This document shows positions 43,862 to 51,945 of a DNA stretch of 60,361 bases, in pieces. The notes under the pieces are model-generated. The model was not told the origin of the DNA, did not search any database, and was given only the letters and a program-made list of their open reading frames with translations. Every line of letters begins with the position of its first letter. Within the stretch, counting starts at the first letter, position 1. The stretch is from a bacterium (GTDB lineage Bacteria; Zixibacteria; MSB-5A5; CAIYYT01). The stretch spans positions 1-60,361 of the forward strand of contig DAOVKV010000001.1 of the NCBI GenBank assembly GCA_030631605.1, in the 5' to 3' direction. A program made the position numbers and the translations under genes.

Positions 43862-44617
43862 ATGAGATTCCGAAAGAAGAACATGGATCAAACTCGAAAG
43901 ACAGAAGAGGGGGTGTTCCACCTCGAAACTCGTGTGTTTCCGCTACTGGATGTTAAGGAGAGCATTGGTGGCGCTCCCCCCACTGTTGAGTACAAGGGCA
44001 CCTGCTTCTTGATGATGATAGGGCAGCAGCACGTCTTTGTAACTGCCAAGCACCTACTCCAAGAGACCCCCGACAAGTACAACCTCTACATAGGTTACAA
44101 TACTCCGGCAGGACAGTCGTCTTTACTCAAGGTCAGCGCTGCTTATGTTAACCATCTCAACGAGGATATTTCGTTTTTCCTGCCCACTGCCCGAATGAAG
44201 AAGAAGTATAACCATCTGCTTGTTCCCATGAAACTACTCAGGCACCCTCTGCCCGTTGGTCAGGGCGTATTGGTCTATGGGTTCCCTAACAGTGGTCAGC
44301 AAGGTGGCCGCAGAGACATACCCGTTGTGAATATTCAGAGGACAAGGCATGAGGGGAAGGTAGTCAGAGTCGACCACGACTGTCCACTACCGCCGATGAA
44401 GACCGTGTACCAATTGGCCCTCCCATCTCCAAAGGGGCTAAGTGGTGCGCCGGTGATGGTAGTGCATAATAACACTTTGGCCGTTGCTGGTTACATTATC
44501 GGCGAGCAAACAACCAATGGCAAGTCGGTTGCTATCGCTACTGACTTCACCCCATTGGTCGAGATAGAGCAACTGTTGATCGATGTAAGTCGCAAACGGG
44601 CATCCGGAAACGAATAA
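43862..44617 (+). CDS. Trypsin-like (S1/Trypsin_2-type) serine protease without a signal peptide
   Basis: 251-aa ORF. Candidate catalytic triad: His in FVTAKHLL, Asp in NEDISFF, Ser in PKGLSGAPVMV. The N-terminus is hydrophilic. The Shine-Dalgarno is weak and the start is uncertain. Confidence 0.7.
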   Translation: MRFRKKNMDQTRKTEEGVFHLETRVFPLLDVKESIGGAPPTVEYKGTCFLMMIGQQHVFVTAKHLLQETPDKYNLYIGYNTPAGQSSLLKVSAAYVNHLNEDISFFLPTARMKKKYNHLLVPMKLLRHPLPVGQGVLVYGFPNSGQQGGRRDIPVVNIQRTRHEGKVVRVDHDCPLPPMKTVYQLALPSPKGLSGAPVMVVHNNTLAVAGYIIGEQTTNGKSVAIATDFTPLVEIEQLLIDVSRKRASGNE

Positions 44618-44755
44618 GCTATCAATGCGTGTCGGCGTCACACGCTCAGGCTGTTGGCCAGGCTGAGCTGGTCGACCGTCATACTCTGATGCTGGCTGTT
44701 GGGCTATGCCGTCCTGGATGTCGATGAGGCGGGCTGTTCGCGTGAAGTGTTTCAA

Positions 44756-44880
44756 AACTGGTAACCCACTCAGTGGGTGGGCTTGAGTGATTGTGTCTGA
44801 AATGCTTGTCTCAATCAGTACCATCTCTCTTCCCTAAATCTCAAAGTTTTGGTATCAGCATCTCAGGCAACGCTTAAGGT
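44756..44880 (+). repeat. ~147-bp hairpin-ended repeat, copy C2 (3' hairpin missing)
   Basis: AACTGGTAACCCACTCAGTGGGTGGGCTTGAGTGATTGTGTCTGAAATGCTTGTCTCAATCAGTACCAT...GGCAACGCTTAAGG. Confidence 0.85.
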
Positions 44881-45037
44881 AATTACAAGGCCGTCTATTC
44901 CATAATACTTCATGTGTGGCTCGCCGTGGCGAGTTCACACCTCCACGTGCGTATGATATTTTATGGCAGTGGGTCTGAAGACCCACCGATCACAACGTAC
45001 GAAACCATTGTCGAAACCACGTCTCGCTTATGTATAA

Positions 45038-45529
45038 TTACTCGGTTTTCGATTGGGCTGTTTTCAGAACATAAAATACCGTATTCTCACCCGGCTTTTC
45101 CGCAAATTCCTTGTACCGCTTGTGAGTGGGCGAGTAACGCAACTCCAGTGTATCAGCAGTGTGAAATCGAAAAATACAGAAAAGCGTTGTCCATTCCGAA
45201 CCGGGGCCACCGCATTCACCGACACAAAGATCGAGAGCATACGGCGATTGCGCCATATCAAGTTTATACGGGCCGGTGACAGAGGCATCGACATCACTCC
45301 GAATATAGGTGCCGTCCTCACGCACGATCAGACCGACATGGTGTGTCGAATCTGTCGATATCACTGTCCACTCGCCAATCAGGTTCGGTTCAGCGGCAGG
45401 TGTTACTTCAGCCGGCGCGCTTTTCTCCTGTGCCGATGTGTCGGCTTTTTGGTCAGATGACTGCCCGCAGGCAGCAAACATCAAAACAACGAGAATCAAA
45501 ATTCCTGTGAAATTCGTTCTCTTTTTCAT
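45038..45529 (-). CDS. Hypothetical lipoprotein (164 aa)
   Basis: Start moved to ATG 45529 (MKKRTNFTGILILVVLMFAACGQSS, a lipobox) after GAGGGA. The N-terminal 50 aa of the track ORF derive from repeat C3. Confidence 0.6.
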   Translation of the reverse strand: MKKRTNFTGILILVVLMFAACGQSSDQKADTSAQEKSAPAEVTPAAEPNLIGEWTVISTDSTHHVGLIVREDGTYIRSDVDASVTGPYKLDMAQSPYALDLCVGECGGPGSEWTTLFCIFRFHTADTLELRYSPTHKRYKEFAEKPGENTVFYVLKTAQSKTE

Positions 45530-45609
45530 GGTACGTCCCTCATGTGTAACTAAACCAAAGGTTTTTGTTCTATCTTTTTTAAATATAGAACGATTTATCC
45601 GCAAATGGC

Positions 45610-45760
45610 AACTGGTAACCCACTCGGCGGGTGGGCCTCGAGTGATTGTGCCTGAAATGCTTGTTTCAATCAGTACCATCTCTCTCCCCTAAATCTCAAA
45701 GTGTTGGTATCAACATCTCGGGCAACGCCTAAGGAACCCACCTGTAAGGTGGGGTACCGG
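45610..45760 (+). repeat. ~147-bp hairpin-ended repeat, copy C3 (complete)
   Basis: AACTGGTAACCCACTCGGCGGGTGGGCCTCGAGTGATTGTGCCTGAAATGCTTGTTTCAATCAGTACCAT...CCCACCTGTAAGGTGGGGTACCGG. Confidence 0.85.
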
Positions 45761-45849
45761 TGTCGTTTTGGGCACAGCAATTAACGGACTGAAGATACAC
45801 AAATGAGAAGCGCCTGTCAACTCTTTTATTAACAGGCGCTTATAGTTAT

Positions 45850-45925
45850 TGGTAGCCCTAGGGGGAATCGAACCCCCGTTTGATGGCTGAGAACCACCCG
45901 TCCTAGACCACTAGACGATAGGGCC
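45850..45925 (-). tRNA. tRNA-Glu (anticodon CTC), CCA encoded
   Basis: Hand-folded from the reverse complement GGCCCTATCGTCTAGTGGTCTAGGACGGGTGGTTCTCAGCCATCAAACGGGGGTTCGATTCCCCCTAGGGCTACCA. Anticodon loop TTCTCAG. T-arm GGGGG-TTCGATT-CCCCC. There is a G1-U72 wobble. Confidence 0.85.
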
Positions 45926-46005
45926 GAATACTCTTCTCTGTGGTCGGCTGCCATCGGCAGATTCTCGATGTCGTCACCTGGCAGCCGACACCTTCCACGC
46001 CTGGT

Positions 46006-46033
46006 ATTATAATCATTCGCGACCGGTTTTCAA
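46006..46033 (-). promoter_or_regulatory. Sigma-70-type promoter for tRNA-Glu, TTGAAA-N16-TATAAT (minus strand)
   Basis: The reverse complement reads TTGAAAaccggtcgcgaatgatTATAAT. It lies ~75 nt upstream of the mature tRNA 5' end. Confidence 0.45.
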
Positions 46034-46316
46034 GATAATTCTCGAACCGCTGTCAGCAAGATATCAAGCGACTCTTTCGCGCGGTATCTTCTTGATGATA
46101 TCCTTTACCCTCTGAGTAAATGATGTTTCCATCTGCTCGGTTTCAACCTACGGTTGTATCTCGCCACAGGTTTCAGTCCATCAACGGATTCTCTTTCCCC
46201 ACCATAAATGGTGGGCCACCTGTCCTCCATTCAAGAACCGCTCCGGTGAATCAAACGCTCAGCGGGATACGGACTGTTCGCAGAACCCACCAGCCGCTTC
46301 GCTGGTGGGCTACCGG

Positions 46317-47000
46317 CTAGTTGTCTAGTCGACGTCCTGACATGTCAGTTCTGACTTTCCGTGCACCAAAGTCTGAGAAGCTGCACAAATCAATGAACTT
46401 TTTACCTATGGCTTGGTGCATAGCGATCCAAGTTAAATCTGTTACTCCAGAGTACACATACTGCGCCGCGACGCGAGGTTGATGTGGCCTGTTGACCCCC
46501 GTGATGACCAACAACCTGCCTGACTGCCTGTACCAAACTACATCGTCGGTGAATTCCTCCGTCGGCAATATTACTTCCGTTCGTCTTATCTTAAGGATGT
46601 CAAACTCAGTACCCTGATTGATGACTTCTACGACCTTGTTTATCACTGCTGTGTCATTACAATTTATCTTTTTCTCACAAACCGGGAACTTGCCGATGTC
46701 ATACGACACAACTATGGGCTCTCTAACTTCGCTAGATGCCTCGGAACCAGAGGAGTCACCGTACGACGGGAATATGGGCTCTCTGGCTTCACTAAATACG
46801 TCAGAGCCAGAGGAGTCTCCATACGACATGACTATGGGCTCTCTGACTTCACGAGAAACTGCAGAGCCGGAGGAGTCACCGCCTTCCTTCCGTCCACAGC
46901 TGAAAACCATTAGCAAAGAGAGAAGTCCGCCAAGCGCCACCCCACAAGTATGAAACCCATTACAATACCTTCTCTCAAGTGAGAACTTCATACGTTCCAT
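46317..47000 (-). CDS. Hypothetical lipoprotein with three tandem 20-aa repeats
   Basis: 227-aa ORF with LLSLLMVFSCGRKEGG (lipobox-like). Repeats read REPI(V/F)xSYGDSSGSxxxSE(V/A). No family recognised. Confidence 0.5.
   Translation of the reverse strand: MERMKFSLERRYCNGFHTCGVALGGLLSLLMVFSCGRKEGGDSSGSAVSREVREPIVMSYGDSSGSDVFSEAREPIFPSYGDSSGSEASSEVREPIVVSYDIGKFPVCEKKINCNDTAVINKVVEVINQGTEFDILKIRRTEVILPTEEFTDDVVWYRQSGRLLVITGVNRPHQPRVAAQYVYSGVTDLTWIAMHQAIGKKFIDLCSFSDFGARKVRTDMSGRRLDN
46714..46893 (-). repeat. 3 x 60-nt in-frame tandem repeat
   Basis: ATGGGCTCTCT recurs at 46714, 46774 and 46834, a period of exactly 60 nt. Confidence 0.85.
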
Positions 47001-47408
47001 TACAAATCCTCCCGTTTTTGTGGTTGGCGTTTGCTCTGTGCGCCAACTGCAGCTCGTAGATTGCTACCACTACTGGCTCACGATTCATGGTGGGACTCTT
47101 ACAAGTGGCAAGATAAAGATTGACGATTCTTCTCGCAAGGAAACCCCCCCCTGGTCTAGACCAAGGTTCATATCAAGAGATAGTGTGCGGAAAGAAAATT
47201 ACTGTGCCTCTGGTTCCTCTGGTTCCCCGCGTTCGCGGGGATGACGAATTTCAGTTGATTGCCTCCGGCGATGTCACTGCCGCGCAAGCGGGGACATAGC
47301 TATAGATACCGTGTCTCAAGTCAAGGGTTTTACGTTAAGCAACCGGCCGGCCTGATATCTTATCTGCCGGCAGTTGACATTTATCCTATCAGCGCATTAC
47401 TTCCGGTG

Positions 47409-48629
47409 ATGGCGACACTGAAGCTGATACTTGTCTTCATCCTGATTCTAATTGCCCTGCGCAAGAAAGTCTCGGTAGGGGTGACTCTATTTGGAGCGGG
47501 CGTACTGACGGCGCTCTTGTACCAGGTAGACATCCCTGATCTGCTGGACGGCTACTGGGAATTGATTAAGTCCCGCCGCTTTATTTCGCTGACGGCGGCG
47601 ATCTGCCTGATCACTATGCTGGGCGCTCTGCTCAAAGAGATCGGTTTCCTCTCCAGGCTGACGGAATCATGCCGCGGCCTCTGGGGCGGTCGGAGAACCG
47701 CAACGGCGATGCTGCCGCCGCTGGTCGGGATGATGCCGATGCCGGGCGGTTCGCTCCTTTCGGCGCCGCTGGTTGATAATGTTTTATCCGACCCCAAGTA
47801 CACGCCGCATTTCAAGTGTGCTGTCAACTACTACTTCCGGCATGTCATCGAGCATTTCTGGCCGATTTACCCCGGGATGATTGTCACCGAAGCAATAACC
47901 GGTCTGCCGATAGCCACGGTGGCGCTTTTGCAATCACCGTTGGCGGTGATCATGCTGATTCTTGGGTTCGTTTTCTTTCTTCGCAGGATCACTAATGCCG
48001 CTGGCGAACGAAAAGATACTATGCGTTCCCTTTACGGCATCATCAGCGCTCTCTGGCCGATGGCTATCGCCATTGCTGTTTACGGCATCCTCAAGATCGA
48101 GTTATCCCTGGCGGTGCTGGCGGCTTTTCTCATATTAGTGCTGGTCAGGCGGCCGCACTGGCATAGTATCAGTGTCTCACTTAAGAAAGGGTTGTCCTAC
48201 AAGCTGATTTTCCTGGTTTTCGGAATCCTCTCCTTTCAAACCGCCATTCACCTGTCGGGCGCGGTCGAACTGCTGCAACAGGTTTCCATCAGGTATGGCT
48301 TGCCCGCCGAACTGGTGATTATCATCGTCTGTTTCGCTTCCGGTATCCTGACCGGCATGTATGCCGCTTATGTGGCATTGGGATACAGTCTCCTGGCCGG
48401 ATTTCTCTATCAACCGGAGATTATTCCCTCGCATATTTTTCTGGCCTTTCTCTCCGGCTACGTCGGTATGATGCTTTCACCGGCGCATCTCTGTCTGATC
48501 GTCACCAACGAATACTTCAAGAGTGATCTTCTCAAAGTCTACCGGACAATGGTGATTCCCTTTCTGTTGCTGGGTGTTATCGGTTACCTGATTTACCTCA
48601 CCCCCTGGGCAAGTCTGGTTTATCCCTGA
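47409..48629 (+). CDS. Polytopic membrane protein (DUF401-like putative transporter)
   Basis: Start moved to ATG 47409 (MATLKLILVFILILIAL). Hydrophobic throughout. The upstream part of the track ORF runs through hairpin repeats. The family name is from memory. Confidence 0.6.
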   Translation: MATLKLILVFILILIALRKKVSVGVTLFGAGVLTALLYQVDIPDLLDGYWELIKSRRFISLTAAICLITMLGALLKEIGFLSRLTESCRGLWGGRRTATAMLPPLVGMMPMPGGSLLSAPLVDNVLSDPKYTPHFKCAVNYYFRHVIEHFWPIYPGMIVTEAITGLPIATVALLQSPLAVIMLILGFVFFLRRITNAAGERKDTMRSLYGIISALWPMAIAIAVYGILKIELSLAVLAAFLILVLVRRPHWHSISVSLKKGLSYKLIFLVFGILSFQTAIHLSGAVELLQQVSIRYGLPAELVIIIVCFASGILTGMYAAYVALGYSLLAGFLYQPEIIPSHIFLAFLSGYVGMMLSPAHLCLIVTNEYFKSDLLKVYRTMVIPFLLLGVIGYLIYLTPWASLVYP

Positions 48630-48661
48630 ATATGATTCATACGCGAAAGGAGATTTGATTA

Positions 48662-48865
48662 TTGGCTAAAATCAATGCTACTGATTCGGTTGAAGAACTG
48701 ATCGAGCGATATCCCGATCTGGTCGGCTTCCTGATGGATCACGGTATCGTCTGCATCAAATGCGGCGAACCTTTCTGGGGCCCTCTGGGTGACTTGATTG
48801 AAAGTAAAGGCAAAGATACAGACGCGATCTTGGCCGAGATCAATGACCGATTTGGCGGCGATTGA
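48662..48865 (+). CDS. DUF1858-like small redox protein (67 aa)
   Basis: VEELIERYPDLVGFLMDHGIVCIKCGEPFWGPLGDL resembles the hybrid-cluster-protein-associated DUF1858 CxxC domain. TTG start after AAGGAG. Confidence 0.55.
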   Translation: MAKINATDSVEELIERYPDLVGFLMDHGIVCIKCGEPFWGPLGDLIESKGKDTDAILAEINDRFGGD

Positions 48866-49095
48866 AGATATGCCCCAAGTAAGTTGCTGTGGCAGGTTCA
48901 GGTAGCGCTTCCTCCGGCCTGCTTGTCACTTACTTGCCGCCGCCGCCGCGAATGAAAACCTTAAGCCACCTCTTGAAATTCCGCCTGTCTTATCATACTA
49001 TTTCATATATTCAATAGTCGGCTGCTCAGGGAAGAGTGGGCTGGCGGTAACTGAGGAATTAACATGGTGAGCAACTGAGGCAGATTGTAAGAACT

Positions 49096-50421
49096 ATGAA
49101 AAAAGAGACGATTACTGACATCATTCTTGACAGTATCGCCGATGGCGTCTTTACCGTCGATCGTGACTGGCATATCACCTCGTTCAACAAAGCTGCCGCG
49201 AAAATCACCGGCATCCCGCGCGAGGAGGCTATTGGTCAACGCTGCTCTGACGTTTTTCGCGCCTCGATCTGCGAATCGGGATGCGCCCTGAGAAAAACAT
49301 TCGCCACCGGGCAACCTGTAGTTAATCTGACCATATTCATAGTTGATCCCGACGGCAGACAGATACCGGTGAGTGTCTCCACCGCTCTGCTTAAGGATGA
49401 AGATGGTAATGTCATCGGTGGCGTCGAAACATTCCGGGATTTGAGCGTCATGGAAGCACTGCGGCGGGAATTGCAGCAAAGCTATTCTTTTGAAGATATA
49501 GTCAGCAAGAGCAAGCAGATGCGGCAGATATTCGCTATTCTGCCCAGTATCGCCGAAAGCGACACGATCGTTCTGATTGAAGGTGAAAGCGGCACCGGCA
49601 AGGAGCTGATTGCCCGCGCGATTCATCATCTCTCGCATCGAGCCGAGAAACCGTTAGTCACTGTCAATTGCGGCGCTCTGCCCGATACCCTGCTGGAGTC
49701 GGAGCTATTCGGCTACAAGGCGGGCGCTTTCACCGATGCCCGCAGTGACAAACCGGGTCGTCTCGCTCTGGCCGAAGGCGGCACCCTTTTCCTCGATGAG
49801 ATCGCTGATGTTTCGCCCGCCCTGCAGGTACGCCTGCTGCGGGTGCTGCAGGAGCACACCTATGAACCGCTGGGGGGAGTTGAACCGATCAAAGCCGATG
49901 TTCGCATTGTCGCCGCCGTGAATCGTAACCTGGAAAAACTGGTCAAGGCAGGGAAGTTCCGCGAAGACCTTTACTACCGCATCAATGTTCTGAAAATAGA
50001 ATTGCCACCCTTGCGGGAAAGAAAAGAAGATATACCACTGTTGATAGAACATTTCATTGAGCGATTCAACCAGACCAAAAGCAAATCGATCACTGATGTT
50101 TCTTCTGATGTGCTGGCAATTCTGATGACCCACAACTATCCGGGGAATGTCCGTGAACTGGAGAATATCATCGAGCATGCATTCGTGCTCTGCCGCGGCA
50201 CGATCATCGAGAGAGGACATCTGCCGCAGAATCTGCTGGCAAAGGAGAAGAAAGCGTCTCCAACGGTGCATTCGGTGGATGATTTCGAGAAACACATGAT
50301 AGAGGACGCGCTCCGCAAAAATGACTGGAATCGAGTGAAAACCGCAGCGGCGCTAGGGATGAACAAATCGACGTTGTGGCGCAAGATGAAAAAGCTCGGC
50401 ATTATAGTTCCGGAGCAATAG
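49096..50421 (+). CDS. Sigma-54-dependent transcriptional activator with an N-terminal PAS domain
   Basis: PAS (ILDSIADGVFTVDRDWHITSFNKAAAKITG). AAA+ (VLIEGESGTGKELIA, GAFTDA, ESELFGY). C-terminal HTH (AALGMNKSTLWRKMKK). Confidence 0.9.
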   Translation: MKKETITDIILDSIADGVFTVDRDWHITSFNKAAAKITGIPREEAIGQRCSDVFRASICESGCALRKTFATGQPVVNLTIFIVDPDGRQIPVSVSTALLKDEDGNVIGGVETFRDLSVMEALRRELQQSYSFEDIVSKSKQMRQIFAILPSIAESDTIVLIEGESGTGKELIARAIHHLSHRAEKPLVTVNCGALPDTLLESELFGYKAGAFTDARSDKPGRLALAEGGTLFLDEIADVSPALQVRLLRVLQEHTYEPLGGVEPIKADVRIVAAVNRNLEKLVKAGKFREDLYYRINVLKIELPPLRERKEDIPLLIEHFIERFNQTKSKSITDVSSDVLAILMTHNYPGNVRELENIIEHAFVLCRGTIIERGHLPQNLLAKEKKASPTVHSVDDFEKHMIEDALRKNDWNRVKTAAALGMNKSTLWRKMKKLGIIVPEQ

Positions 50422-50424
50422 AGG

Positions 50425-50438
50425 TTGCATATATGCAA
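50425..50438. promoter_or_regulatory. Candidate activator binding site 1, palindrome TTGCATATATGCAA
   Basis: Perfect 14-bp TTGC-N6-GCAA palindrome immediately after the activator gene stop. Confidence 0.55.
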
Positions 50439-50457
50439 CCAAATATTCAACGATAAG

Positions 50458-50471
50458 TTGCGTATCTGCAA
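50458..50471. promoter_or_regulatory. Candidate activator binding site 2, TTGCGTATCTGCAA
   Basis: Same TTGC-N6-GCAA frame. Its centre is 33 bp (three helical turns) from site 1 and ~100 bp upstream of the -24 element. Confidence 0.55.
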
Positions 50472-50566
50472 TCCCATGATTGCTAACACGAACGATGTAA
50501 AAACATACCGTCGCATAACCACTTAAATAACAATACATTATGTGCCGCATGATTGTGGCGTGGATT

Positions 50567-50582
50567 TGGCATGAATTCTGCT
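50567..50582 (+). promoter_or_regulatory. Sigma-54 promoter, TGGCAT-N5-CTGCT (-24 GG / -12 GC)
   Basis: GG and GC are separated by exactly 10 nt, as in TGGCAC-N5-TTGC. It lies downstream of the two palindromes and next to a sigma-54 activator gene. Confidence 0.6.
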
Positions 50583-50597
50583 CATATTCCAAGCGAG

Positions 50598-51038
50598 ATG
50601 AAGATCGGAATACCAGTTTGGGATAATCGGGTTTCACCCCTGCTTGACACAGCCGGTCAGCTCCTGATGGTCAACGTTGAGCAAGAGAAGAGACTTCCTC
50701 GTGAGGTGGTCAATATCCCCTTGCAGCCTCCCTGGCAGAGAGCGCGGTATATCCACGATGCCGGCGTTGGTACTCTGATTTGCGGGGCGGTTTCGCGTCC
50801 CCTGGAGTCGATGTTGATTGCTGCGGGAATAACAGTAATACCCTGGATTCGAGGAGAAATCGAGGAGATTATCGCCGCCTATTCCGCCGGCACTCTCGAT
50901 AAGAGTAGTTATCAACTTCCGGGTTGTTGTCGGCGTCGGGGTCGCCATCGGAGCGGGAGACGCCATCAGCCCAGGGGTGGTTTTGGACAATACAGACAAT
51001 TCTTAAGGAGGAGAGATGAGAATTGCGATTTCTTCTAA
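50598..51038 (+). CDS. NifX/NifB-like (Nitro_FeMo-Co family) protein with an Arg-rich tail
   Basis: Start moved to ATG 50598 (MKIGIPVWDNRVSPLLDTAGQLLMV...GVGTLICGAVS...AGITVIP). The tail reads PGCCRRRGRHRSGRRHQPRGG. Confidence 0.65.
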   Translation: MKIGIPVWDNRVSPLLDTAGQLLMVNVEQEKRLPREVVNIPLQPPWQRARYIHDAGVGTLICGAVSRPLESMLIAAGITVIPWIRGEIEEIIAAYSAGTLDKSSYQLPGCCRRRGRHRSGRRHQPRGGFGQYRQFLRRRDENCDFF

Positions 51039-51378
51039 AGGTAAAGAGCTGAGCAGCGAGATTGATCAGCGTTTCGGCAGAACTCGATACCTGATTGTTT
51101 ACGACACCAGCGACGACAACTGGCAGGCGATCGACAACAGCGCCGCCGAAATGGCGCATGGTGCGGGGGTGCAAGCCGCTCAAACTGTCGTCAACCAGAA
51201 AGTTGATGTTGTGGTTTCCAGTAACTTCGGCCCGAAGGCTTTTCTAATTCTGCAGGCGGCCAAGATTAAGGTGGCGCAACTGGCGCAGGGGACGGTCTCT
51301 GAGGCGATTGATCTGGCTCGGAACAACCAGCTTACTTTCATCGACGGTGCCAGTGTGCCACAAGGCGGTCCCCAGTGA
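51016..51378 (+). CDS. NifX/NifB-like (Nitro_FeMo-Co family) protein
   Basis: MRIAISSKGKELSSEIDQRFGRTRYLIVYD...HGAGVQAAQTVVNQKVDVVVSSNFGPKAF is the classic small NifX-like pattern. Confidence 0.8.
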   Translation: MRIAISSKGKELSSEIDQRFGRTRYLIVYDTSDDNWQAIDNSAAEMAHGAGVQAAQTVVNQKVDVVVSSNFGPKAFLILQAAKIKVAQLAQGTVSEAIDLARNNQLTFIDGASVPQGGPQ

Positions 51379-51547
51379 ATATGAAGGACACAGCGCGGGG
51401 CTTATTGAAAAAGCCATTGCGGCGTGCCCTCGGGTGCAGCTCGCTGCGCCCCTACAAATTGAATTTAACGGTAGGTTGAAACCCCTGCGGTTTCGACTTC
51501 CGAGGATTGGTTTGAATCGTTAACCTTATTTAAGAGGAGTAGAGAAA

Positions 51548-51943
51548 ATGCCAAGAGGAGACAGAACAGGACCGGCTGGCGCCGGGCCGATGACGGGTCG
51601 CGGTGCCGGCTACTGCGCCGGTTATGGCGTACCCGGCTACATGAACCCGGGATTTGGCGGTTATGGCCGTGGTGGTTTTGGCGGCGGGTTCGGCTATGGA
51701 GGCGGACGAGGCCATCGCTGGGGGTATCATTTGACTGGTATGCCCGGTTGGGCACGGGGAGCACCCGGCTACGGGGTCGGCTTTGGCGGCTCTGGCTACC
51801 CTGGTTACTTCGAGCCCGCGCCGGAAGACGAACTCAAGATTCTGAAGAACGAAGCAAGGCTGGCTCAAAAGGCGCTTGATGATATCAACAAGCGAATTGC
51901 TGAGATACAGCCCAAGAATGCGAAGACGCAGAAAGGAGAATAA
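51548..51943 (+). CDS. DUF5320-like protein (RG/GY-rich N-terminal half, coiled-coil C-terminus)
   Basis: MPRGDRTGPAGAGPMTGRGAGYCAGY...GFGGGFGYGGGRGHR...PEDELKILKNEARLAQKALDDINKRIAEIQ. AAGAGGAG Shine-Dalgarno. Confidence 0.7.
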   Translation: MPRGDRTGPAGAGPMTGRGAGYCAGYGVPGYMNPGFGGYGRGGFGGGFGYGGGRGHRWGYHLTGMPGWARGAPGYGVGFGGSGYPGYFEPAPEDELKILKNEARLAQKALDDINKRIAEIQPKNAKTQKGE

Positions 51944-51945
51944 TC

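Noticed and set aside
44438-44824. 128-aa minus-strand ORF starting MVLIETSIS, plus the identical N-terminal extension of ORF 45038..45679.
   Set aside because: The ATG and the first ~25 codons lie inside repeats C2/C3 and diverge immediately outside them. It is a by-product of the repeat, not a conserved gene. The lipoprotein has a proper internal start at 45529.
43701-45760. Integron cassette array or CALIN, with the 147-bp repeats acting as attC sites.
   Set aside because: A GTTRRRY core (GTTAGGT) is present only in C1, where it sits in a hairpin loop. C3 has GTAAGGT and C2 lacks the region. No RYYYAAC inverse core is at the 5' end, there is no intI or attI, and the cassette genes have opposite orientations. 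I kept it as a test to run rather than a call.
47222-47300. CRISPR-like repeat. GGTTCCCCGCGTTCGCGGGGATGACG resembles type I-E repeats (GTTCCCCGCG..CGCGGGGA), and a second weaker hairpin (CTGCCGCGCAAGCGGGGAC) lies ~55 nt downstream.
   Set aside because: There are only two units. The second is poorly similar, and the ~55-nt period does not fit a 29+32 array. There are no further repeats and no cas genes. It fits better as a variant of the dispersed GC-rich hairpin elements.
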